A stretch of 64,000 nucleotides of DNA from Microcoleus sp. (GTDB taxonomy: Bacteria; Cyanobacteriota; Cyanobacteriia; Cyanobacteriales; Microcoleaceae), in NCBI GenBank assembly GCA_052279835.1, contig CP181291.1, forward strand, positions 2,592,001-2,656,000, in the 5' to 3' direction. This document shows positions 10,888 to 20,020 of the stretch, piece by piece. Made by a program: the position numbers and the translations under genes. Every line of letters begins with the position of its first letter. The stretch's first letter is position 1. A model generated the notes under the pieces. It ran no database searches, was not told the origin of the DNA, and saw only the letters and a program-made list of their open reading frames with translations.

Positions 10888-11493
10888 ATGGAGAAACTTC
10901 TGACGATCGGACAAGTTGCCAAGCAGCTTAATGTTACAGTTAAGACTCTGAGGCTGTGGGATGAAGAAGCTAAATTATCTGCCCTACGGACTCCTGGTAA
11001 ACATAGAATGTATCGAGAGTCCGATATTGCAAAGTTTATAGGCACTTATATAGAAGATAAATCAGTTGAGTTACCAGTCTGTGTTTACTGTAGAGTTAGT
11101 AGCCATGACCAGAAGCAAAAAGGTGATTTAGAGCGTCAGCAAGGCAGAGTTTTAAATTACTGCGCCAATCAAGGTTACAAGGTTGAATATTCATTGGCAG
11201 AAGTTGCTTCTGGTATGTCTGATACTAGAGCTAAGTTGCATAAATTGTTCCGGCTTGCGATTGATAAGAAGATTTCCAAACTAATCATTGAACATCGAGA
11301 TAGACTGTGCAGATTTAACTTTGAAATATTTAAGTTATTTTTCGAGACTCATGGTGTTGAAGTTGAATATATGGAAGAGACTTTACCTAAAACATATGAA
11401 GCTGAGTTAGTAGAAGATATGCTGTCACTAATGTCTTCTTTCTCAGCTAGGATTTACGGCAAACGTTCTGCAGAACGAAGGAAGAAGAAATGA
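10888..11493 (+). CDS. tnpA: IS607 transposase (MerR-like HTH plus serine recombinase)
   Basis: LTIGQVAKQLNVTVKTLRLW HTH; YCRVSS catalytic motif; EHRDRLCRF; SFSARIYG. Confidence 0.95.
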   Translation: MEKLLTIGQVAKQLNVTVKTLRLWDEEAKLSALRTPGKHRMYRESDIAKFIGTYIEDKSVELPVCVYCRVSSHDQKQKGDLERQQGRVLNYCANQGYKVEYSLAEVASGMSDTRAKLHKLFRLAIDKKISKLIIEHRDRLCRFNFEIFKLFFETHGVEVEYMEETLPKTYEAELVEDMLSLMSSFSARIYGKRSAERRKKK

Positions 11494-12728
11494 TTTTAGT
11501 AGAGAGACACATCATTAAACAATCCCATCAGCATTGGCAGTCCATAGATCGACTATCTTTCTTATCTAAGAATCTCTACAATGCAGCTAATTACATCTGT
11601 CGTCAATACTTCTTTGCTAGTAGTAAGAAATATAGTCTCACCGACTTATATCATCTGATTAAAAATTCAGTTGACTATCGTGCATTACCGACTAAAGTTA
11701 GCAAACAAATCATTAAGCGTCTGGTTTCTACTTGGACAGGTTACTTTGAAGCTTACAAAGAATGGCAGCGGCATCCGGGTAAGTTCTTAGGTAAACCCAA
11801 AATACCAAGATATAAGGATAAAATCAAAGGACGCAATCTAGTTATTTACCACCATGAGTCAGTTTACAAAGCGGAACTTAAGAAAGGAATCTGCCATTTA
11901 TCGATGAGTGAGATTAAGATTCCCACTAAAGTAGATAACATTGTGGAAGTGAGATTAGTACCTCGTGCCACTTGTTATATAGTAGAAATAGTCTATTACA
12001 AGCAGGAGCAACAACGAGAGTCTAGTCATTATGTGGCTGGTATTGACCTGGGCTTAACTAACTTAGTAGCCCTAACTTCAAACCAACCAGGTTTCAGACC
12101 TATTCTGATTAATGGACGACCGCTCAAGTCGGTAAACCAATTTTATAACAAGACTAAAGCTCAATTACAAACTCAATTAGAAGGGGAGCGTAAAACAAGT
12201 AAGAGAATTCAATCTCTGACTGCCTATCGCCATCGCTATGTTGACAATTATCTGCACAATACAAGCCGAGGAATTGTCAATCTACTACAAGAGTCAGAGA
12301 TTGGTATCTTAGTAATTGGTAAGAATGAAAACTGGAAACAGAATGTGAATATAGGTAAAATAAATAATCAGTCATTCACACAGATTCCCCATGCAAGATT
12401 AATTGACCAAATTACATATAAATGTCAATTAGCAGGAATCAAAGTCGTAGTCACTGAAGAATCTTATACCTCAAAGACGAGTGCTTTAGATTTAGAAACA
12501 CCCCGCAAACACAATACCTACCTGGGTAAACGTGTCAAGAGAGGCTTGTTTCGCTCTCAGTCAGGAGTCAAACTCAATGCTGACGTTAATGGTTCCTTAC
12601 AAATCACTAGAAAAGTATTCCCTAATGCCTATACAGTAGAAGGGATAGCGAGTGCAGCCGTTGCACCTTTAAAGGTAACACCTTTATTAAGTGTCAAGAG
12701 TGAGCAAATGAAGATTTGTTCATTTTAA
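11490..12728 (+). CDS. tnpB: RNA-guided endonuclease TnpB
   Basis: GIDLGLTNL (RuvC-I), EESYTSK, NADVNG (RuvC-III). ATGA overlap with tnpA. Confidence 0.95.
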   Translation: MILVERHIIKQSHQHWQSIDRLSFLSKNLYNAANYICRQYFFASSKKYSLTDLYHLIKNSVDYRALPTKVSKQIIKRLVSTWTGYFEAYKEWQRHPGKFLGKPKIPRYKDKIKGRNLVIYHHESVYKAELKKGICHLSMSEIKIPTKVDNIVEVRLVPRATCYIVEIVYYKQEQQRESSHYVAGIDLGLTNLVALTSNQPGFRPILINGRPLKSVNQFYNKTKAQLQTQLEGERKTSKRIQSLTAYRHRYVDNYLHNTSRGIVNLLQESEIGILVIGKNENWKQNVNIGKINNQSFTQIPHARLIDQITYKCQLAGIKVVVTEESYTSKTSALDLETPRKHNTYLGKRVKRGLFRSQSGVKLNADVNGSLQITRKVFPNAYTVEGIASAAVAPLKVTPLLSVKSEQMKICSF

Positions 12729-12757
12729 CACGAACGGTTCCACCAACAGCACTCCCT
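12580..12757 (+). ncRNA. Predicted TnpB omegaRNA/reRNA (scaffold over the tnpB 3' end, guide from the flank); boundaries approximate
   Basis: Inferred from general TnpB biology. The element ends only 9 nt after the tnpB stop. Confidence 0.45.
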
Positions 12758-12842
12758 GTTCTCCTTTCCCTACCCGATAAAGTTGCGGGTGCTCTCGAAA
12801 GTCGATCGCCTTAAAATCGTGATTGTAGTCAAACTGCTTCAT
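12736..12842 (-). pseudogene. DUF4385-family gene, 5' part
   Basis: ATG at 12842: MKQFDYNHDFKAIDFREHPQLYRVGKGEQGVLLVEP, cut by IS607. Confidence 0.85.
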
Positions 12843-13264
12843 TGAGGGTTTTGTACTCTCTCCGAAACTACAGAATTCCCCTCCATCCTTTGATCGGGTT
12901 TGGTATAAACCCAAGCCCAAGCAATTAAGACAGCTTGAAAAGGCAGCCTGAACCAATACAGAAGTGGGTGGTGGGGAATCCCTTCTATGGGAATGCTGTT
13001 GATGGCCTGATTAATATTAGCTGGAAACACGGCAATAAACAGAGCAATTAATCCCCAGGCGGCGGCGCGACTCACGGGAGGAACTAACAGCCCAATGCCT
13101 CCCAAAATCTCGAAAAAACCGCTGATATAAACCAATGCTTCTGGGTAAGGAAGCTGGGGTGGCATGATTTTGATAAAAGGTGCGGGGACTGCAAAGTGGA
13201 GAACCCCGACAACACTAATAGCCACTGCGAGAATAACTCGCCAAATTTCTTTTTGAGTTTTCAT
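12839..13264 (-). CDS. DoxX-like membrane protein
   Basis: GVLHF...F..IMPP.LP...LVYISGFFEILGG...VFPANI...RLPFQ. Confidence 0.8.
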   Translation of the reverse strand: MKTQKEIWRVILAVAISVVGVLHFAVPAPFIKIMPPQLPYPEALVYISGFFEILGGIGLLVPPVSRAAAWGLIALFIAVFPANINQAINSIPIEGIPHHPLLYWFRLPFQAVLIAWAWVYTKPDQRMEGNSVVSERVQNPQ

Positions 13265-13551
13265 GGGAGAGCATTAATTAAAAATTGTAAATTTGCAGCA
13301 ATAATCCTTGCCAAAATCCGCTGTTTGTGAAACAGTTACCCAGTTTTCCCCGTCAACAACTAACCGCTAGGGGAACTTTGACAAACGGCTGCGGATTGTC
13401 ACCCAATAAAACAGCGCGGGTGTTTTATCAAAATCTTAATCTCCCGTTGCCGGATCTCGCCTCTGTCCTCCGGCAGTTTTACTAAAAAAAATAGCATACC
13501 CAGATTCCCAGACAACTAAAAGTGCTGCGGGACTCTCACAGGAGATCTTGT

Positions 13552-13656
13552 TATAGCAATCCTTGCAGGAGTCGTAAATATTTCTACCCCACCCCAACCC
13601 GGACCGCGAGTTCGGGGAGGGAGTAAGAAATTCACAAATGATTTAGGATGGCTATA
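13552..13656. mobile_element. MITE-like element with TATAGCAATCCT / AGGATGGCTATA ends
   Basis: Imperfect 12-bp terminal inverted repeats with TA at both ends; 105 bp, non-coding. Confidence 0.65.
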
Positions 13657-13794
13657 GTTTTAATGACGTTGATTTAAGTTGCAATTTAAAACTCAAAAAT
13701 CTATCCAAAGCCCTATGTCTCATGCCCTAGGTTGATTTGGGCTGGCATTGCTAAATTAGAAATTGAGGTAATGCGATCGGGAACTTAAGCTTTT

Positions 13795-14553
13795 ATGACA
13801 GATAAACAGCAGCAACCAACAGAGGAAATCGAGCCGCCAGCAAATTCGGTTTGTGAGGCGTTTGAGATGCAGCTAAAAACGGCGGCGATCGCACTTAACG
13901 CGATCGGTGTAGCAGGAACGGAAATTGGCACGGCTGCCGCCGCCAGTGCGGGGGAAGCAGCCGAGACAACTTTCAAACAAGCCCAGGAATATTTCGACAC
14001 AGCCACCCGCGAGACAGGAAAAGTTTTGGAAGCAGTGGGCGACAACCCTCTGCTGCGAGAATTCCTGAAGTTTTTCCGTGCCGAAGGGCTGCTAACCTTA
14101 ATCGGTATGGTGGATGTTGCTAGTGCTGAAGCTGCTGTGAAAAAGTTGCAGCAAGAGTATCCCCAGGAAACTCCTGCCGAAATCGCTCACAGGATTGTAG
14201 TAGAAAAAGCCATCTATGCTGGCGGTATCGGCTTGGTAAGTAGCGTTGTCCCTGGAGTCGCCTTGGCGCTGCTGGCGGTGGATTTGGTAGCGACGACACA
14301 GTTGCAAGCCCAAATGGTTTATCAGATTGCTGCGGCTTACGGTATGGATGTGCGCGAACCAACTAGGCGAGCGGAAGTTTTGGCTATTTTTGGCCTGTCG
14401 GTGAGTAGTTCGGAAGTGCTGAAAGTGCTTTTTGGTGGGCTGCGAAATGTGCCACTGGCAGGAATGGCGATCGGCGCGAGTACCAATGCTGTGATCTTTT
14501 ATACGGTGGGGTACGCTGCTTGTAGATTTTACCAGTCGAAGGGAGTTGTTTGA
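13795..14553 (+). CDS. EcsC/DUF697-like protein
   Basis: EIAHRIVVEKAIYAGGIG...DLVATTQLQAQMVYQIAAAYG motif. Confidence 0.7.
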   Translation: MTDKQQQPTEEIEPPANSVCEAFEMQLKTAAIALNAIGVAGTEIGTAAAASAGEAAETTFKQAQEYFDTATRETGKVLEAVGDNPLLREFLKFFRAEGLLTLIGMVDVASAEAAVKKLQQEYPQETPAEIAHRIVVEKAIYAGGIGLVSSVVPGVALALLAVDLVATTQLQAQMVYQIAAAYGMDVREPTRRAEVLAIFGLSVSSSEVLKVLFGGLRNVPLAGMAIGASTNAVIFYTVGYAACRFYQSKGVV

Positions 14554-14986
14554 TTTTTGACAGGGCGATCGCCCAGGATGTCAAGTGATTTTAGATTTAT
14601 TTAAACTTTCTTAATCCCCATTGATTGTGAGAAAAAATAGTCTCCTTTTCTCTAGCAATAAATCACACTCAAAAATTGGTATTTTCGGAAGTTCCCAACG
14701 ATGTTAGAATAGGTAATGTCATCGAAAAAATGTTATTAACTGCCGCGTGAGCCACAGGCTGTTTGCCGATGCGGATCGACCAGATAGGCAAGCTATCAAG
14801 ATATGTGGCTAGAATTACCTGTAGCATCCAGCTAAATTCGATCGCCCTGAGAAAATCCCAAACTATTCTCCGAAAATATAACATTTTTTTCCTGGCAGGA
14901 ACTTTCTTGCCACCAATTTATTCAAAAAGATTGAGCCTCCCAGCCCTGTGTCATTTTTATCTAAACACAAGCAATCACCGACGACC

Positions 14987-15484
14987 ATGAACACTTCACT
15001 TAACACCCCTAAATTGCATCTCAATCGAATGCTGCGGCAATCCCTGCTAGCAACCATCATCTCCGCAGCAGCCTTGGCTAGCGGATGGGTTCCCGGTTTG
15101 TACGGCAATTCGCCCAGCCTGGTTTTTGGATCTAGCGCCCAAGCTCAAGAGATTAGCAGAGAGGAGATTACTAGCTACGCTCGTGCTGTCTTAGCAATGG
15201 AACCTAGACGCGAGAAAGCTTATAGAGAAATAAAAGGAATGGCACCAGGTGGAGCGGTTCCAAGAGTATTGTGCAACGAAGCTCAGGGAATCAATAGGCT
15301 CTCTGGAAACATTCGCGGCGTGGCAGTAAATTACTGCGACCAAGCTAAAAAAATTATAGAAAATAATGGTTTGACAGTTGCTCGCTTCAACCAGCTTACT
15401 TTGCTCCAGCAAGCTAATCCGGCTGTCAAAGCACAAATTCAAGCCGAGTTGGTACGGCTGCAACAACAAACTGCTAATCCATAG
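14987..15484 (+). CDS. DUF4168-like exported protein
   Basis: Signal-like N-terminus; EITSYARAVLAMEP...YC...IIENNGLTVARFN. Confidence 0.7.
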   Translation: MNTSLNTPKLHLNRMLRQSLLATIISAAALASGWVPGLYGNSPSLVFGSSAQAQEISREEITSYARAVLAMEPRREKAYREIKGMAPGGAVPRVLCNEAQGINRLSGNIRGVAVNYCDQAKKIIENNGLTVARFNQLTLLQQANPAVKAQIQAELVRLQQQTANP

Positions 15485-15651
15485 TTATTCGTGATAGGTG
15501 ATTGGTGATTGGTGATTAGTTATGGGTGATTGGTTGGTGCCAATAGCTAATCACCAATTCCCTATTCCCGATTCACAGGAAAATCCCCATAAATAAGATA
15601 TTCCTCAAAAATAGGTGCGAGATTAAATCCTGTGAGGGATAAAATATAAAG

Positions 15652-16089
15652 ATGCTAATTTTTACAAAACATTTGCCTGCAAATCCTGATGCTGTAGTCA
15701 GCTTTGTTTTACCCCTGACTGCGGACGATCGCACTCGCAGTCGTCACCGATTTGAAACGGATGCCGGAGAAGTGGTAAACTTGCGTTTGCCCAGAGGTAC
15801 GGTACTGCGCGATGGGGATTTATTGCAGTCGGAAGACGGTAATTGTTTAGTGCGAGTCACAGCCAAACCAGAAGCAGTGCTCGCAGTACGCGCTGGAAAT
15901 CGGCTGCTACTGATGCGGGCGGCCTATCATTTAGGAAACCGCCACGTAGCTTTAGAAGTGGCTGATAATTATTTAAAGTTTTCTCCAGATTCAGTCTTGC
16001 AGGGAATGCTGGAAAAAATGGGTTTGGAAGTAACAGCAGAAATTGTACCATTTCACCCAGAAGTGGGAGCCTATGGTCATAGCCATTAA
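15652..16089 (+). CDS. ureE: Urease accessory protein UreE
   Basis: [23 protein letters not shown]-terminal [13 protein letters not shown]. Confidence 0.95.
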   Translation: MLIFTKHLPANPDAVVSFVLPLTADDRTRSRHRFETDAGEVVNLRLPRGTVLRDGDLLQSEDGNCLVRVTAKPEAVLAVRAGNRLLLMRAAYHLGNRHVALEVADNYLKFSPDSVLQGMLEKMGLEVTAEIVPFHPEVGAYGHSH

Positions 16090-16175
16090 GATTTGAGATT
16101 TGAGATTTACCATTAGTTTGATTCATTGAAGAAGAAAGAAGCGAACAGAGAACAATCAACAGTTAACAATCAACA

Positions 16176-16865
16176 GTGAACAGTCAACTTTTATGTTTAT
16201 TGCAGCTAGCTTTTGCACCTGTGGGAGCTTATAGTTATTCTGAAGGGCTCGAAATTTTAGTAGAAACAGGTGAGATCGATAGCGAAGTTAGCTTGAGAAA
16301 TTGGTTGCAAGACTCCCTGCAATTCGGGGCGATTCGAGTAGAGGCTGCGCTGGCGGTACGGGGTTTGAGAGCGGCGAAGAAAGGGGATTTAACAGGTTTG
16401 AGTTATTGGAATGGGTGGGCGACGGCGACTAAGGAAACTGAAGAATTGCGATCGCAAAGTTGGCAAATGGGACGGACTTTGATGCGGTTATTGCTAGATT
16501 TGCGATCGCCCACACCGGATGGATTAACAAAAATAGTACCAGAATTCGTGGCATCGGAGGGTAATCAGTGCAATTTTGCCATCGCCTTTAGCATTGCTTG
16601 CGCTTGCTGGCAAATTGAAGAAGAAGCAGCCGTGTTAGGATATTTGTACAGTTGGGCGACAAACTTGGCGAGTGCGGGTGTCAAATTGATTCCCCTTGGT
16701 CAAACAGCCGGTCAACAATTATTGTTAGATTTGCACTCGCAAATTAGCTTTACTGCCCAAGAAGTTTTAAAATTAGAAGATGACGACCTTGGTAGTTGTA
16801 GTTGGGGATTGGCCCTAGCTAGTATGGCCCACGAAACTCAATATACTCGATTATTTCGCAGTTAA
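16176..16865 (+). CDS. ureF: Urease accessory protein UreF
   Basis: PVGAYSYSEGLE; VKLIPLGQTAGQ; HETQYTRLFRS. Confidence 0.95.
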   Translation: MNSQLLCLLQLAFAPVGAYSYSEGLEILVETGEIDSEVSLRNWLQDSLQFGAIRVEAALAVRGLRAAKKGDLTGLSYWNGWATATKETEELRSQSWQMGRTLMRLLLDLRSPTPDGLTKIVPEFVASEGNQCNFAIAFSIACACWQIEEEAAVLGYLYSWATNLASAGVKLIPLGQTAGQQLLLDLHSQISFTAQEVLKLEDDDLGSCSWGLALASMAHETQYTRLFRS

Positions 16866-16895
16866 AAATCAGACAATCTCAAATCTCAAATCCCT

Positions 16896-17492
16896 ATGAG
16901 TGCTTTTCGTGTTGGAATTGCGGGCCCTGTTGGTTCGGGAAAAACAGCTTTACTTGATGCTTTGTGCAAATCCCTCCGTCAGCACTACAAGATGGCTGTG
17001 GTGACTAATGATATCTATACTCAGGAAGATGCACAGTTTTTGGTGCGGAGTCAAGCTTTGGATAGCGATCGCATTTTGGGCGTAGAAACCGGAGGCTGTC
17101 CCCACACGGCTATTCGGGAAGATGCTTCCATCAATTTAGTGGCTATTGAACAATTGGAATACAAATTTACTGACTTAGATTTAATCTTTGTCGAAAGTGG
17201 GGGGGACAACTTAGCGGCAACTTTTAGCCCTGAGTTAGTAGATTTGACAATTTACGTAATCGATGTGGCTGCGGGAGACAAAATCCCCCGCAAAGGAGGA
17301 CCAGGAATTACTAAATCCGATTTGCTGGTAATTAATAAAACAGACCTCGCACCCTATGTGGGAGCAGATTTAGGAGTGATGGAACGAGATACTCAAAAAA
17401 TGCGTGGGGAAAAACCTTTTGTTTTTACTAATTTGAAAAGCCAGGAAGGATTAGAATCGGTAGTTGATTTTATCCGCTACCATCTAGTCTAG
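16896..17492 (+). CDS. ureG: Urease accessory GTPase UreG
   Basis: [32 protein letters not shown]. Confidence 0.97.
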   Translation: MSAFRVGIAGPVGSGKTALLDALCKSLRQHYKMAVVTNDIYTQEDAQFLVRSQALDSDRILGVETGGCPHTAIREDASINLVAIEQLEYKFTDLDLIFVESGGDNLAATFSPELVDLTIYVIDVAAGDKIPRKGGPGITKSDLLVINKTDLAPYVGADLGVMERDTQKMRGEKPFVFTNLKSQEGLESVVDFIRYHLV

Positions 17493-17716
17493 AATTATAT
17501 TGAAATTAGATATCTAATTAGTCGAAGGGAGCATTTTTAAAGGTAGTTGATTAATCTAATATCGTTGACCGTTGGAAGATCATTATTTAACCACAGAGGA
17601 CACAGAGAACACAGAGAGAGAAGTTGTTGGATTATCTACAGCGGGGAAAAGCGGGTTTACTAAATCATTAGTTTTAGACATGGATAATTTATACAACCCG
17701 CCCCTAGGATTTAATG

Positions 17717-18607
17717 TTAGTTCATGGGTTTGATTCCTGCCAAATCCAAGATTTGAGGAATTAAATCTTCCCGCTTGACAGCCATCATGTGAACTCCTTG
17801 ACAAATTTGTCGCGCTAGCTTAACTTGTTCGGCGGCAATTTTTATGCCTTCCTGTAAGGGTTCGGGAGCTTTTGCCAAACGATCGATCGTCTCTTGTGGT
17901 ATGTGAACTCCCGGCACATTCTTTTTGATAAATTCAGCATTTTTAGCGGATTTAAACAGAAAAATTCCTGCTAAAACTGGTTTGTTAGAACCCGCAGCAA
18001 TGTGGTGCATAAACTTATCTAAAATTTCAAAATCTGTGATTAATTGACTTTGAAAAAACTGGGCCCCTGCTTCTAATTTTTTCTCAAATCGACTTTGTAA
18101 ACCTGACCAACTGGGGCATTGCGGATCGACAGCAGCACCGGCAAATAAATCAGTAACTCCATCTGTTAAAGGTTTGTCATTCCAGTCTTTGCCACTGTTC
18201 ATTTTTTGAATAGCTTGCAGCAGTCGCACTGCTTCAAAATCAAATACGCTTTTAGCTTTTGGATGGTCTCCGGCTTTGACTGGATCGCCTGTTAGTGCTA
18301 ATATATTGCGAATACCTAAAGCCTGTGCTCCCATCAAATCTGCTTGCAGGCCAATTTGATTGCGATCGCGACAAGCAACTTGACAAATCGGCTCAATGCC
18401 GTGCTGCAATAAAATTACGGACACTGCTAGGGGGCACATTCGCAACACTGCGCGACTCCCATCGGTGATATTAATGGCGTGAACTCGGTTTTTAAGAATT
18501 TCAGCCATTGCTAGCGTATGAGTCATATTACCACCTTTGGGAGGGGCAACTTCGGCGGTAATTATAAATTCTCCGGGGGTGGTGCAAGCAGTGCGAAAAC
18601 GATTCAT
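17717..18607 (-). CDS. metF: Methylenetetrahydrofolate reductase
   Basis: AEVAPPKG; ACRDRN; LALTGDP; AGAQFFQSQ. Confidence 0.9.
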   Translation of the reverse strand: MNRFRTACTTPGEFIITAEVAPPKGGNMTHTLAMAEILKNRVHAINITDGSRAVLRMCPLAVSVILLQHGIEPICQVACRDRNQIGLQADLMGAQALGIRNILALTGDPVKAGDHPKAKSVFDFEAVRLLQAIQKMNSGKDWNDKPLTDGVTDLFAGAAVDPQCPSWSGLQSRFEKKLEAGAQFFQSQLITDFEILDKFMHHIAAGSNKPVLAGIFLFKSAKNAEFIKKNVPGVHIPQETIDRLAKAPEPLQEGIKIAAEQVKLARQICQGVHMMAVKREDLIPQILDLAGIKPMN

Positions 18608-18612
18608 TATTT

Positions 18613-18812
18613 GTTGACAGTTGACGGTTGACAGTTGGCAGTTGGCAGTTGGCAGTTGGCAGTTGGCAGTTGGCAGTTGGCAGTTGGCAGTTGGCAGTTG
18701 GCAGTTGGTTGTTGATTATTTGTTATTTTCAACAACCAACAACTAATAACCAATAACCAATAACCAATAACCAATAACCAATAACTAATGACTAATGACT
18801 AATGACTAACAA
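18613..18812. repeat. Heptamer tandem repeats (CAGTTGG)n, then (CCAATAA)n and (ACTAATG)n
   Basis: Directly visible between metF and trpS. Confidence 0.95.
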
Positions 18813-19823
18813 CTAATTTGGTAAAGAATAACCGAAAGCTTTTTTAACCTTAGTCAGAGTTTGGTTGGCAATCGCTTCTGCTTGTTCCTTTCCACGACGC
18901 AGCACCGACTCCAAATATCCCCGATCGTCCATTATTTCTTTGTATTTATCCTGAATAGGTTTAAGTGCATTAATTGTGGTTTCTGTCAATAGGGGCTTAA
19001 AATCTCCCCAACCCATATTTTCACACTCCGCTGCCACTTCTTCCTTCGATTTCCCAGAAAGCAGGAGATAAAGCGTCAGCAAATTTCTAGCTTCGGGGCG
19101 ATCGGGGTCATCAAAGGTCAAACCTCGCACCGCATCTGTTTTGCACCGCTTAATTTTTTTGGTAATTGTTTCTGGCGAATCCAATAAATTAATTCTACTC
19201 AGTTCGGAAGGGTCGGATTTCGACATTTTACGATTGCCGTCTGTCAAGCTCATCACCCTCGCGCCGTCAGTCCGAATTAATGGTTTGGGAAGTTTCAATA
19301 CAGGTTTTTCCGGTGTGCCAAATTGGTGATTTAATCTAATAACTAGATCGCGGGTTAGTTCCAAATGTTGTTTTTGGTCTTCTCCTACTGGTACTTGATC
19401 TGCATCGTAAAGCAAGATATCTGCGGCCATTAATACGGGATAATTCAGCAAGCCTGCGTTAACATTTTCTCCTTGTTTAACTGCTTTTTCTTTAAACTGA
19501 ATCATATCTTCTAGCCAGTTAATCGGCGTAATGCAGTTAAGCAGCCACGCTAGTTCTGTATGAGCAGGAACGTGGGATTGTATGAAAATAGTAGAATATT
19601 CCAAATCGATGCCGCAAGCTAAATAAAGAGCGGCGATGGTGTAGCTGTCATTAGCTAGAGTTGCGGGATTATGCGGTGCGGTAATGGCGTGCAAATCGAC
19701 TACGCAAAAGTAATTTTCGTACTGACTTTGGATTTCTACCCAGTTGCGAATGGCACCGAGATAATTGCCGAGGTGTAAATTGCCTGTTGGCTGAACTCCT
19801 GAAAGAACGCGCTGTTTGCCCAT
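18813..19823 (-). CDS. trpS: Tryptophanyl-tRNA synthetase
   Basis: SGVQPTGNLHLGNY; VPVGEDQKQH; KMSKS. Confidence 0.98.
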   Translation of the reverse strand: MGKQRVLSGVQPTGNLHLGNYLGAIRNWVEIQSQYENYFCVVDLHAITAPHNPATLANDSYTIAALYLACGIDLEYSTIFIQSHVPAHTELAWLLNCITPINWLEDMIQFKEKAVKQGENVNAGLLNYPVLMAADILLYDADQVPVGEDQKQHLELTRDLVIRLNHQFGTPEKPVLKLPKPLIRTDGARVMSLTDGNRKMSKSDPSELSRINLLDSPETITKKIKRCKTDAVRGLTFDDPDRPEARNLLTLYLLLSGKSKEEVAAECENMGWGDFKPLLTETTINALKPIQDKYKEIMDDRGYLESVLRRGKEQAEAIANQTLTKVKKAFGYSLPN

Positions 19824-19892
19824 GAGGAAAAAAGAGAATGGAAGTCACATTTCTATATTGACACGTTATCTCGATCTAAGTCAAATATAACT

Positions 19893-19940
19893 CGGCGGTT
19901 GAAACCGCGTCTACACAAACGAAGTCCGCCTGCGCGGACT
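19893..19940. repeat. Short palindromic dispersed repeat (REP-like)
   Basis: gcggttgaaaccgc and agtccgcctgcgcggact hairpins. Confidence 0.55.
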
Positions 19941-20020
19941 CAAGAATCAACGGGTATTTAAGGCGGATTATTTTTATAAATAGGTTTAAATCCCAGTCTG
20001 AAAAACATCCCTGTCAACTG

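Larger units (their letters stand above)
10634..12737 (+). mobile_element. IS607-family insertion sequence (about 2.1 kb)
   Basis: Serine recombinase plus tnpB. GG at both junctions (10634-35, 12736-37). Removing the element restores VEPYKGEIL of DUF4385. No terminal inverted repeats seen. Confidence 0.92.

Noticed and set aside
10634..10888. IStron (group I intron) in the IS607 left end
   Set aside because: The left end is only about 250 bp, no intron core is recognisable, and the element is antisense to the host gene.
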